Shown one piece after another: positions 36,070 to 48,977 of a stretch of 64,000 nt of DNA. The DNA lies in the NCBI RefSeq assembly GCF_020745735.1, contig NW_026867592.1, positions 62,001 through 126,000 of the forward strand, in the 5' to 3' direction. The translations under genes were made by a program, and so were the position numbers. This DNA comes from Hemiscyllium ocellatum (Eukaryota). The notes under the pieces were generated by a model that had not been told where the DNA came from, did not search any database, and saw only the letters and a program-made list of their open reading frames with translations. The stretch's first letter is position 1. Each line of letters starts with the position of its first letter.

Positions 36070-36810
36070 GAGTCATAGAAATGTACAGCACAGAAACAGA
36101 CACTTCGGTCCAACTCGCCCATGCCAATCAGATACCCCAACCTAATCTCGTCCCACCTGCCAGTACCATGCCCATCCCCCTCCAAACTCTTCCTATTCAT
36201 ATGCCTATCCAGGTGTCCTTAAAATATTGCAATTGTAACCAGCCGACACCACTTCCTCTGGCAGCTCATTCCATGCACGTATCACCCTCTGCATGAAAAC
36301 AGTTGCCCCTTAGGTCTCCTTTATAACTTTCCCCTCTCACCATAAACTTATGCCTTCTAGTTCTGGACTCCCCCACTCCGGAGAAAAGACTTTGTTTATT
36401 CATCCTATCCATACCCCTCATGATTTTAGAAACCTCGATAAGGTCACCCCTCAGCCTCCGATGCTCCAAGGGAAACAGCCCCAGCCTATTCAACCTCTCA
36501 AATCCTCCAACCCTGGCAGCATCCTTATAAAACTTTCCTTACCCCTTTCAAGTTTCACATCATCATTCTGATAGAAAGGAGACCAGAGTTGCACGCAATA
36601 TTCCAAACGTGGCCTAACCAATTTTCTGTACAGCCGCAATATGACCTGCCAATTCCTGTACTCAAAACTCAGACCAATAAAAGAAAGCATACCAAGCGCC
36701 TTCTTCGCTCTCCTGTTTTCCTGCGACTCCACCTTCAAAAGGAGCTATGAACCTGCACTCCAAGGTCTCCTTGTTCAGCAACACTCGCTATGACCTTACC
36801 ATTAAGTGTA
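36070..36810 (-). mobile_element. CR1 3' fragment
   Basis: LYRKLVRPRLEYCVQLWSP...RRLRGDLIEVSKIMRG (ORFs 36490-36738 and 36266-36493). Confidence 0.75.
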
Positions 36811-37599
36811 AAAGTCTTTTTGTCTGTCTGTCAATTGATGTGAAGATTAATTTGCCAGTGATTAATACAATGCCTTTCTTCTCATGCTTCATCATCTTCT
36901 GATCTCTGTCATGCTTTCTTATAATTTCGTGATTCTAGAATTTATTCCAGCAACGTTGTCTTTCCCATGGTATTTCTGACCTTCACCTGCATGGATTTTA
37001 TATCGACTAATGACAAAGCCTATGGCTCAGTAATACTTAAACATGCTTGGTTTACGTCATGTCTTTCAAAAACATTTGATACCACTTTGTGCAATGGTTG
37101 TGACGTGACTAAGAAAACCAGCAATTAATCTCAATTGTACCAGCAGTGTGTCACAACAGACCTGAATGTGTTGATCGGAGAAGCGACTCTCAGTCCGCAC
37201 TTCCATCTGCTGGAGAAGCACTGACATTACACTGATGGTGAAAATGTCAACAATACGTGTCTGATATCAATCTATTGAGAAAGCAATTGCACGCTTATTC
37301 TAGCTCATCACCTTAAGCTGGCAGCTGTAGCATTATGCAACAACTCATTGAAAGTGGATAAGACTAATTAGCATCAAATCATGGTCAAATTTTGAGAGAA
37401 ATGTCTCCATTCCTTGTCGTGTAGGTTTGTTCATCTCTCTTAACGATACCAACTCTGACAATGTGGCGTCTTTATGGGCCGAGTGAAAAAAAAACAAGGG
37501 TAAAAAGAACATAAGTGGGTGTCACATGCACACCTCCAAACCGCAGAAGTGATGTTGGGAATGGCAGTAAACAGGAAATCTGAGGTGCATGTGATGAGG

Positions 37600-37900
37600 A
37601 AATTTTGGTGATCATGCATGATATTAACTGCACATCGACTGGACTAACCAATTAAGTAACAATGGTGGAGAGGATGAATTTCTGGATTGTATGTGGGATG
37701 GTTTCCTTGACCAATATGTGCAGAAACCAACTAGAAAGCAGGCCATCTTACGTTGGATGCTGTGTAATGAGAAGTTCATCATTGCTAATCTAACTGTAGC
37801 AGATCCCTTGGGTACAAGCAACCATGACACGCTAGAACATTTTAATCGAAATGGAGAGTGAGACCGTTGATACGGAGACTCGGGTGCTGAATCTTTAATT
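37600..37900 (+). mobile_element. CR1 ORF2 fragment
   Basis: EFLDCMWDGFLDQYVQKPTRKQAIL relic. Confidence 0.5.
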
Positions 37901-38002
37901 TTTCATTTAAAGGGTAGGCGATTTACGGGGTATCTTATAGAAATGTAAACGACCATGACAGGCATGAACTCAGCAGGTTCCCAGCGTTGGGTAATCCATA
38001 AG

Positions 38003-38313
38003 ACTATCAGACCATAAGACATAGGAGTGGAAGTAAGGCCATTCGGCCCATCGAGTCCACTCGGCCATTCAATCATGGCTGATGGGCATTTCAACTCCAC
38101 TTACCAGCATTCTCCCCGTAGCCCTTGATTCCTTGTGACTTCAAGAATTTATCAATCTCTGCCTTGAAGACATTTAGCGTCCCGGCCTCCACTGCACTCC
38201 GTGACAATGAATTCCACAGGCCCACCACTCTCTAGCTGAAGAAATGTCTCCGCATTTCTGTTCTGAATTGACCCCCTCTAATTCTAAAGCTGTGTCCACG
38301 GGTCCTAGTCTCA
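38003..38313 (-). mobile_element. CR1 3' fragment with (accataag)n tail
   Basis: accataagaccataagacataggagtggaagtaaggccattcggccc; 38116-38313 recurs at 41180-41385 and 45010-45207. Confidence 0.7.
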
Positions 38314-40914
38314 GGTAAGGATGGAAATAAAATAAGGGAACCTGAGGGCCAACAGTTACACACTAAGACTGTTCAGCAAATGGAATGAGCTGCCAGTGGA
38401 ATTGGTGAGGAGAAACATTAACAATATTTAAAAGGTATTTGGACAAATACATGCACAGGAATGATTCAGAAAGATAAAGGGCCAAGTGCAGGGAAATAAG
38501 ATAATCGTGGAAGGATAATTTGGTTGGTATGGATCAGTTTAGGCCGAAGCCCTGTCTCTGTGATGTGCAACTCTCACACTCTCGGACACAAATCAGATAC
38601 CAGAAATGTTGGAGAATGCAAATTTTACTGAGTGGGGGAACTGAGGCTGATCAATATTAGTGAAGAAATGTTGCTTTGATAATTGCGGGGATGGACGGTG
38701 GATCAACCCACAGGGCCTGATAATCTACGTCCAAGCGTACTTCACAAAGTGGTTCCAGCAATAGATAATGCATTCACTGCCAGGATTGTCTACATTCCGA
38801 TACAGTCCCTGCAGACTGGAGAGCAGCTGATATCACTCGAATATTAAAAAATGGAGACATTGTCTTTGTTTTCTCTATAATCCTGTATTTTCCTGCGGTA
38901 GTTCGGAGTTCTACTGAGACTCTCTTCGGGCGGAGTGTGTCCCCATGATACATGGTACAATAAACTGATTAATACTCAAGGTCTGCCTGCAGTGATTTTC
39001 TACAGCAGCGCGGGTGTTTAATTATGTAACTGCATATACATTTCTGTGTCTATTGCCATGTAAGCACATCATATTGCCATGAAACCACTTTGGGTGTCAG
39101 AGGTCACCGGCATGCTCTCGTCGTTGGAAGATGCTCACGTGTATTTCAGATAATGTGCTTTCATGCAATGCAGCTTTCCTGCTTGATGAAGCGATGGTAT
39201 ACTAGCCTTCATAGTGAGGGGTTGAGTCCAGGAGCAGGGATGTGTTGTCGCCTTGGTGAGGCCACACCTCCAATATTGTATGCCGTTTTGGTCTCCTTTT
39301 CTGAGGAATGTATTATCTATCCTGTCTAGTCCTGTTAAGATTTTATAAGTCTCTATGAGATTCCTTCCTCATCCGTCTGAACTCGGGAGGAAACAATCCT
39401 AACGCATTTAATCTTTCCTCATACGTCAGCCCCACCATCCCCGGAACCAGCCTGGTAACCCTTCACTGCACTCCCTCAAGAGCAAGACCATATTATTCTT
39501 CATCATTCTTGAAGCAGATCCTTTGCCTGACTGTAGAAAATCTCACCATGCAGAAAGTAAATTCACAAGTCACATGCATCCATTCCGCACTCATGCCCAG
39601 GCACACTTGTTTGATCATTTAGGGACTCTGCATTTGAGAGGACGCAGAATGTGCGAATTTGTAACGTCACCTCCAAATCTCAGCATAGCAACTGGGATAC
39701 TCTCGTCCACATCTCAATTACACCCAACATGTCTTTCACTCCTCCCTCTTCACCTTCCAGGGCTGTATAATTCCTTGCAAGCACATCTGTGCCTCTCGGT
39801 TGTCCAGACTGAAATAAAGAGTATTGTTGTGACAAGATCTGCTGTTGGAATTGCTGAGGGAACTCAGCAGGAGCGGCAGTGCCTGAGGGAGGAAACGGAA
39901 TTCTCATAAAGTTCCGTAGGAATTCTAAAACGGAGTCTCCGATTCTCTCTCCGCAGATGCGGCCAGACCGGATGATTTTTTGTTTTCCTGCAGTTTCTGC
40001 TTTTGCTTTTAGCTGAATGTCTATTCCATTGACCGGAATGATACACCCAGACACACCATGTACCGATATTTATATCTTTCAAAAACTGAGGCAATTGAAT
40101 TCAAACAAATGCAGAACGATGCTCTTCCCTCAGCTCCACAGACAGAGGAACTCGGGAAAGCAGCGGCGTGACATGATTCTATAGGTATAGCTGAGTGACT
40201 GCACTTATAAACAGGCAATCCCGTTTCTTATTGCGGTGTCGAATCCTGCTGCCGGTGGCTGAAAGCACAGCAAGAGGGAGTTTGTTTCGCATCTCTGTGT
40301 TTGGGATTCCAATCCCGGCGGGAAAACACTTCTTCCAGGTCAGAAGTGGTGTCAATCTCCAATGCACTCCCTGAACAGCTCGGATTCACCCGTGCACCCT
40401 GATGAAGGGCTTATGCCCGAAACGTCGAATTTCCCATTCCTTGGATGCTGCCTGACCTGCTGTGCTTTAACCAGCAACACATTTTCAGCTGTGATCTCCA
40501 GCATCTGCAGACCTCATTTTTCACCCGTGCATTGCCAGCTTTGTTCGAATTGGTGTGTTTCCAGATTCCTGACTAGAGTTTTCTCGCTGAATTTGTTCAA
40601 GGCATTGACTGGAATAGACCATGATTCAATGTATGAAAGTACATTTCACTGGGGTGGAACCTAAACCCGCAAAGTGACTGTGAATAAAACAATGGAAACT
40701 CTCAGCACAGGAACAAGAGACACTGAAGCAGACACATGAGGACAAATATCTTTTCTCTGTCAGTGAAAGGCGCTGCTTCACAAAGGGGAGACTTCGAGGT
40801 GAAGCAGTGACGGTGATAATTTCTGCTGATGATTCACCCGATGATTGCCGTTTCTGACCGAAGTCCGTGTTTACATTACATACTGACAACCTGTCAGTTT
40901 CGCACCCGTGATTG

Positions 40915-40987
40915 AGGCCAGTAGCGTAATGGATAACGCGTCTGACTTCGGATCCGAAGATTGTAGGTTCGAGTCCTACCTGTCTTG
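40915..40987 (+). pseudogene. TRNAR-UCG: tRNA-Arg(TCG), degenerate copy
   Basis: 73-nt cloverleaf with intact A and B boxes but C4:T69 acceptor-stem and T29:C41 anticodon-stem mismatches. Confidence 0.7.
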
Positions 40988-41430
40988 GGTCCGTGGCGCT
41001 CTTTATTGCGCATGCTTCCTGTTGCATTGCCATTTCTGACTTGTTTGGAGATGCTGGCATTGGATTCGTGCGTTTGTGAATTTGAAAGTTGCATTTCAGA
41101 CCGTTGCAGCTCATTCTCACACCGGTGTATGTCAGCTCCTGATTTTACACTATGTGAGCAGCTGCTGGGATGAGAACCGCGTGTTCCATAGCCCTTGAAT
41201 TCTTGTGACATCAAGAATTTATCAATCTCTGCCTTGAAGACATTTAGCGTCCCGGCCTCCACTGCACTCTGTGACAATGAATTCCACAGGCCCACCACTC
41301 TCTGGCTGAAGAAATGTCTCCGCATTTCTATTCTGAATTGACCCTCCCTAATTTTAAGGCTGCGTCCACGAGTCCTAGTCTCAGGACTACAAGGAGTCAG
41401 TCTCATGTTTGGATGGAAATGATATAAGGA

Positions 41431-42159
41431 AATGGAGTACTGGGCTAATGGTCGGATACCTGGTAGTGTGGATGAGCAGTGGGATCTTGGTGTCCATGTA
41501 CACAGATCTCTGAAAATTGCCACCCAGGTAAATAGTGCTGTGAAGAGGCATATGGTGTACTGGCTTTTATCGGTAGAGGAATTGAGTTCCGGAGTCCTGA
41601 GGTCATGTTGCAGTTGTATAAGACTCTGGTGCAGCCGCATCTGGAGTATTGTGTGCAGTTTTGGTCGCCATACTATAGGAAGGATGTGAAGGCACTGGAA
41701 CGGGTGCAGAAGAGGTTTACCAGGATGTTGCCTGGTATGGTAGGAAGATCGTATGAGGAAAGATTGAGGCACTTGGGGGTGATTTCATTGGAGAAAAGAA
41801 GGTTTAGGGGTGACTTGATAGAGGTGTGCAAGATGATTAGGGGTTTAGATAGGGTTGACCATAAGAACCTTTTTCCACGTATGGAGTCAGATATTACGCG
41901 GGAGCATAGCTTTAAATTAATGGTGGTAACTATAGGACTGATGTTAGGAGTAGATTCTTTACTCAGCGAGTCATGAGTTCATGGAATGTCCTGCCAGTAA
42001 CAGTGGTGGACTCTCCCTCTTTATGGGCATTTAAACGGGCATTGGATAGGCATATGGAGGATAGTGGACTAGTGTAGGTTAGGTGGGCTTGGATCGACGC
42101 AACACCGAGGGCCGAAGGGTCTGTACTGTGCTGTATTTTTCTATGTTCTATGTTCTATG
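41431..42159 (+). mobile_element. CR1 3' fragment with (ctatgtt)n tail inside the tandem unit; paralog 45253-45981, remnant 48636-48896
   Basis: MLQLYKTLVQPHLEYCVQFWSPYYRKDVKALERVQKRFTRMLPG; tail ctatgttctatgttctatg. Confidence 0.8.
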
Positions 42160-44736
42160 AAACCTGAGGGCCAACTTTTATACACTAAGACCGATAAGCA
42201 TATAGAATGAGCAGCCAGTGGAAGTGGTTGAGGGAGAAACATTAACAATATTTAAAAGGTATTTGGACAAATACATGCACAGGAATTGTTCAGAAGGATA
42301 AAGGGCCAAGTGCAGGGAAATAAGATTATCGTGGAAGGATAATTTGGTTGGCATGGATCAGTTTGAGCCAAAGCCCTGTCTCTGTGATGTGCAACTCTCA
42401 CACTCTCGGACACAAATCAGATACCAGAAATGTTGGAGAATGCAAATTTACTGAGTGGGGTAACTGAGGCTGATCAATATTAGTGAAGAAATGTTGCTTT
42501 GATAATTGCGGGGATGGACGGTGGATCAACCCACAGGGCCTGATAATCTACATCCAAGCGTACTTCACAAAGTGGTTCCAGCAATAGATAATGCATTCAC
42601 TGCCAGGATTGTCTACATTCCGATACAGTCCCTGCAGACTGGAGAGCAGCTGATATCACTCGAATATTAAAAAATGGAGACATTGTCTTTGTTTTCTCTA
42701 TAATCCTGTAATTTCCTGCGGTAGTACCGAGTTCTACTGAGACTCTCTTCGGGCGGAGTGTGTCCCCATGATGCATGGTACAATAAACTGATTAATACTC
42801 AAGGTCTGCCTGCAGTGATTTTCTACAGCAGAGCGTGTGTTTAATTATGTGACTGCATATACATTTCTGTGTCTATTGCCATGTAAGCACATCATATTGC
42901 CTTGAAACCACTTTGGGTGTCAGAGGTCACCGGCATGCTCTCGTCGTTGGAAGATGCTCACGTGTATTTCAGATAATGTGCTTTCATGCAATGCAGCTTT
43001 CCTGCTTCATGAAGAGATGGTATACTAGCCTTCATTGTGAGAGGTTGAGTGCAGGAGCAGGGATGTGTTGGCGCCTTGGTGAGGCCACACCTCCAATATC
43101 GTATGCCGTTTTGGTCTCCTTTTCTGAGGAATGTATTATCTATCCTGTCTAGTCATGTTAAGATTTTATAAGTCTCTATGAGATTCCTTCCTCATCCGTC
43201 TGAACTCGGGAGGAAACAATCCTAACGCAGTTAATCTCTCCTCATACGTCAGCCCCACCATCCCCTGAACCAGCCTGGTAACCCTTCACTGCACTCCCTC
43301 AAGAGCAAGACCATATTATTCTTCATCATTCTTGAAGCAGATCCTTTGCCTGACTGTAGAAATCTCACCATGCAGAAAGTAAATTCACAAGTCACATGCA
43401 TCCATTCCGCACTCATGCCCAGGCACACTTGTTTGATAATTTAGGGACTCTGCAATTGAGAGGACGCAGAATGTGCGAATTTGTAACGTCACCTCCAAAC
43501 CTCAGCATAGCAACTGGGATACTCTCGTCCACATCTCAATTACACCCAACATGTCTTTCACTCCTCCCTCTTCACCTTCCAGGGCTGTATAATTCCTTGC
43601 AAGCGCATCTGTGCACCTCGGTTGTCCAGACTGAAAGAAAGAGTATTGTTGTGACAAGATCTGCTGTTGGAATTGCTGAGGGAACTCAGCAGGAGCGGCA
43701 GTGCCTGAGGGAGGAAACGGAATTCTCATAAATTTCCGGAGAAATTCTGAAACGGAGTCTCTGATTCTCTCTCCACAGATGCGGCCAGACCGGATGATTT
43801 TTTGTTTTCCTGCAGTTTCTGCTTTTGCTTTTAGCTGAATGTCTATTCCATTGACCGGAATGATACACCCAGACACACCATGTACCGATATTTATATCTT
43901 TCAAAAACTGAGGCAATTGAATTCAAACAAATGCAGAACGATGCTCTTCCCTCAGCTCCACAGACAGAGGAACTCGGGAAAGCAGCGGCGTGACATGGTT
44001 CTATAGGTATAGCTGAGTGATTGCACTTATAAACAGGCAATCCCGTTTCTTATTGCGGTGTCGAATCCTGCTGCCGGTGGCTGAAAGCACAGCAAGAGGG
44101 AGTTTGTTTCGCATCTCTGTGTTTGGGATTCCAATCCCGGCGGGAAAACACTTCTTCCAGGTCAGAAGTGGCGTCAATCTCCAATGCACTCCCTGAACAG
44201 CTCGGATTCACCCGTGCACCCTGATGAAGGGCTTATGCCCGAAACGTCGAATTTCCTATTCCTTGGATGCTGCCTGACCTGCTGTGCTTTAACCAGCAAC
44301 ACATTTTCAGCTGTGATCTCCAGCATCTGCAGACCTCATTTTTCACCCGTGCATTGCCAGCTTTGTGTGAATTGGTGTGTTTCCAGATTCCTGACTAGAG
44401 TTTTCTCGCTGAATTTGGTCAAGGCATTGACTGGAATAGACCATGATTCAATGTATGAAAGTACATTTCACTGGGGTGGAACCTAAAACCGCATAGTGAC
44501 TGGGAATAAAACAATGGAAACTCTCAGCACAGGAACAAGAGACACTGAAGCAGACACATGAGGACAAATATCTTTTCTCTGTCAGTGAAAGGCGCTGCTT
44601 CACAAAGGGGAGACTTCGAGGTGAAGCAGTGACGGTGATAATTTCTGCTGATTATTCACCCGATGAAGGCCGTTTCTGACCGAAGTCCGTGTTTACATTA
44701 CATACTGACAACCTGTCAACGCGACGCCAGCGGTTG

Positions 44737-44809
44737 GGGCGAGTAGCGTAATGGATAACGTGTCTGACTTCGGATCAGAAGATTGTCGGTTTGAGTCCTA
44801 CCTGGCTCG
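44737..44809 (+). pseudogene. TRNAR-UCG: tRNA-Arg(TCG) pseudogene
   Basis: G5:G68 mismatch, T-stem mismatch and T-loop TTTGAGT (B-box C56 lost). Confidence 0.75.
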
Positions 44810-47800
44810 GGGCCGTGGCGCTCTTTATTGCGCATGCTTCCTGTTGCATTGCCATTTCTGAGTTGTTTGGAGATGCTGGGATTGGATTCGTGCGTTTGTG
44901 AATTTGAAAGTTGCATTTCAGCCCGTTGCAGCTCATTCTCACACCGGTGTATGTCAGCTCCTGATTTTACACTATGTGAGCAGCTGCTGGGATGAGAACC
45001 GCGTGTTCCATAGCCCTTAATTCCTTCTGACATCAAGAATTTATCAATCTCTGCCTTGAAGACATTTAGCGTCCCGGCCTCCACTGCACTCTGTGACAAT
45101 GAATTCCACAGGCCCACCACTCTCTGGCTGAAGAAATGTCTCCGCATTTCTATTCTGAATTGACCCTCTCTAATTCTAAGGCTGCGTCCACGGGTCCTAG
45201 TCTTAGGACTACAAGGAGTCAGTCTCATGTTTGGATGGAAATGATATAAGGAAATGGAGTACTGGGCTAATGGTCGGATACCTGGTAGTGTGGATGAGCA
45301 GTGGGATCTTGGTGTCCATGTACACAGATCTCTGAAAATTTCCACCCAGGTAAATAGTGCTGTGAAGAGGCATATGGTGTACTGGCTTTTATTGGTAGAG
45401 GAATTGAGTTCCGGAGTCCTGAGGTCATGTTGCAGTTGTATAAGACTCTGGTGCAGCCGCATCTGGAGTATTGTGTGCAGTTTTGGTCACCATATTATCG
45501 GAAGGATGTGAAGGCACTGGAACGGGTGCAGAAGAGGTTTACCAGGATGTTGCCTGGTATGGTAGGAAGATCGTATGAGGAAAGATTGAGGCACTTGGGG
45601 GTGATTTCATTGGAGAAAAGAAGGTTTAGGGGTGACTTGATAGAGGTGTACAAGATGATTAGGGGTTAAGATAGGGTTGACCATAAGAACCTTTTTCCAC
45701 GTATGGAGTCAGATATTACGCGGGAGCATAGCTTTAAATTAATGGTGGTAACTATAGGACTGATGTTAGGAGTAGATACTTTACTCAGCGAGTCATGAGT
45801 TCATGGAATGCCCTGCCAGAAACAGTGGTGGACTCTCCCTCTTTATGGGCATTTAAACGGGCATTGGATAGGCATATGGAGGATAGTGGGCTAGTGTAGA
45901 TTAGGTGGGCTTGGATCGGCGCAACACCGAGGGCCGAAGGGCCTGTACTGTGCTGTATTTTTCTATGTTCTATGTTCTATGAAACCTGAGGGCCAACTTT
46001 TATACACTAAGACCGATAAGCATATAGAATGAGCTGCCAGTGGAAGTGGTTGAGGGAGAAACATTAACAATATTTAAAAGGTATTTGGACAAATACATGC
46101 ACAGGAATTGTTCAGAAGGATAAAGGGCCAAGTGCAGGGAAATAAGATTATCGTGGAAGGATAATTTGGTTGGTATGGATCAGTTTGAGCCAAAGCCCTG
46201 TCTCTGTGATGTGCAACTCTCACACTCTCGGACACAAATCAGATACCAGAAATGTTGGAGAATGCAAATTTTACTGAGTGGGGGAACTGAGGCTGATCAA
46301 TATTAGTGAAGAAATGTTGCTTTGATAATTGCGGGGATGGACGGTGGATCAACCCACAGGGCCTGATAATCTACATCCAAGCGTACTTCACAAAGTGGTT
46401 CCAGCAATAGATAATGCATTCACTGCCAGGATTGTCTACATTCCGATACAGTCCCTGCAGACTGGAGAGCAGCTGATATCACTCGAATATTCAAAAATGG
46501 AGACATTGTCTTTGTTTTCTCTATAATCCTGTAATTTCCTGCGGTAGTACTACTGAGCCTCTCTTCGGGCGGAGTGTGTCCCCATGATGCATCGTACAAT
46601 AAACTGATTAATACTCAAGGTCTGCCTGCAGTGATTTTCTACAGCAGCGCGGGTGTTTAATTATGTAACTGCATATACATTTCTGTGTCTATTGCCATGT
46701 AAGCACATCATATTGCCATGAAACCACTTTGGGTGTCAGAGGTCACCGGCATGCTCTCGTCGTTGGAAGATGCTCACGTGAATTTCAGATAATGTGCTTT
46801 CCATGCAATGCAGCTTTCCTGCTTGATGAAGAGATGGTATACTAGCCTTCATTGTGAGAGGTTGAGTCCAGGAGCAGGGATGTGTTGTCGGCTTGGTGAG
46901 GCCACACCTCCAATATCGTATGCCGTTTTGGTCTCCTTTTCTGAGGAATGTATTATCTATCCTGTCTAGTCCTGTTAAGATTTTATAAGTCTCTATGAGA
47001 TTCCTTCCTCATCCGTCTGAACTCGGGAGGAAACAATCCTAACGCAGTTAATCTCTCCTCATACGTCAGCCCCACCATCCCCTGAACCAGCCTGGGAACC
47101 CTTCACTGCACTCCCTCAAGAGCAAGACCATATTATTCTTCATCATTCTTGAAGCAGATCCTTTGCCTGACTGTCGAAAATCTCACCATGCAGAAAGTAA
47201 ATTCACAAGTCACATGCATCCATTCCGCACTCATGCCCAGGCACACTTGTTTGATCATTTAGGGACTCTGCATTTGAGAGGACGCAGAATGTGCGAATTT
47301 GTAACGTCACCTACAAATCTCAGCATAGCAACTGGGATACTCTCGTCCACATCCCAATTACACCCAACATGTCTTTCACTCCTCCCTCTTCACCTTCCAG
47401 GGCTGTATAATTCCTTGCAAGCACATCTGTGCCTCTCGGTTGTCCAGACTGAAATAAAGAGTATTGTTGTGACAAGATCTGCTGTTGGAATTGCTGAGGG
47501 AACTCAGCAGGAGCGGCAGTGCCTGAGGGAGGAAACGGAATTCTCATAAATTTCCGTAGAAATTCTGAAACGGCGTCTCTGATTCTCTCTCCACAGATGC
47601 GGCCAGACCGGATGATTTTTTGTTTTCCTGCAGTTTCTGCTTTTGCTTTTAGCTGAATGTCTATTCCATTGACCGGAATGATACACCCAGACACACCATG
47701 TACCGATATTTATATCTTTCAAAAACTGAGGCAATTGAATTCAAACAAATGCAGAACGATGCTCTTCCCTCAGCTCCACAGACAGAGGGGCTCGGGAAAG

Positions 47801-48426
47801 CAGCGATGTGTCGTGGTTCTATAGGTATAGCTGAGTGATTGCACTTATAAACAGGCAATCCCGTTTCTTATTGCGGTGTCGAATCCTGCTGCCGGTAGCT
47901 GAAAGCAGAGCAAGAGGGAGTTTGTTTCGCATCTCTGTGTTTGGGATTCCAATCCCGGCGGGAAAACACTTCTTTCAGGTCACAAGTGGCGTCAATCTCC
48001 AATGCACTCCCTGAACAGCTCGGATTCACCCGTGCACCCTGATGAAGGGCTTATGCCCGAAACGTCGAATTTCCAGATTCCTGACTAGAGTTTTCTCGCT
48101 GAATTTGGTCAAGGCATTGACTGGAATAGACCATGATTCAATGTATGAAAGTACATTTCACTGGGGTGGAACCTAAACCCGCAAAGTGACTGTGAATAAA
48201 AGCATGGAAACTCTCAGCACAGGAACAAGAGACACTGAAGCAGACACATGAGGACAAATATCTTTTCTCTGTCAGTGAAAGGCGCTGCTTCACAAAGGGG
48301 AGACTTCGAGGTGAAGCAGTGACGGTGATAATTACTACTGATTATTCACCCGATGATTGCCGTTTCTGACCGAAGTCCGTGTTTACATTACATACTGACA
48401 ACCTGTCACCGCTACCCCAGCGATTG

Positions 48427-48499
48427 GGGCCAGTAGCGTAATGGATAACGCGTCTGACTTCTGATCAGAAGATTGTAGGTTCGAGTCCTACCTGGCTCG
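48427..48499 (+). tRNA. TRNAR-UCU: tRNA-Arg with TCT anticodon, intronless, all stems paired
   Basis: GGGCCAG TA GCGT AATGGATA ACGC G TCTGA CTTCTGA TCAGA AGATT GTAGG TTCGAGT CCTAC CTGGCTC G; no T4 terminator until 48705. Confidence 0.7.
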
Positions 48500-48977
48500 G
48501 GGCTGTGGCGCTCTTTATTGCGCATGCTTCCTGTTGCTTTGCCATTTCTGAGTTGTTTGGAGATGCTGGGATTGGATTCGTGCGTTTGTGAATTTGAAAG
48601 TTGCATTTCAGCCCGTTGCAGCTCATTCTCACACCATGTAGACAGATCTCTGAAAATTGCCACCCAGGTAAATAGTGCTGTGAAGAGGCATATGATGTAC
48701 TGGCTTTTATCGGTAGAGGAATTGAGTTCCGGAGTCCTGAGGTCATGTTGCAGTTGTATAAGACTCTGGTGCAGCCGCATCTGGAGTATTGTGTGCAGTT
48801 TTGGTCGCCATACTATAGGAAGGATGTGAAGGCACTGGAACGGGTGCAGAAGAGGTTTACCAGGATGTTGCCTGGTATGGTAGCAAGATCGTATGAAACC
48901 TGAGGGCCAACTTTTATACACTAAGACCGATAAGCATATAGAATGAGCTGCCAGTGGAAGTGGTTGAGTGAGAAACA

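Noticed and set aside
39090-40367. ORFs conserved across three array units (124-128 aa)
   Set aside because: Conservation follows from recent duplication; they overlap repeat fragments, have no recognisable domain, and one copy is frameshifted
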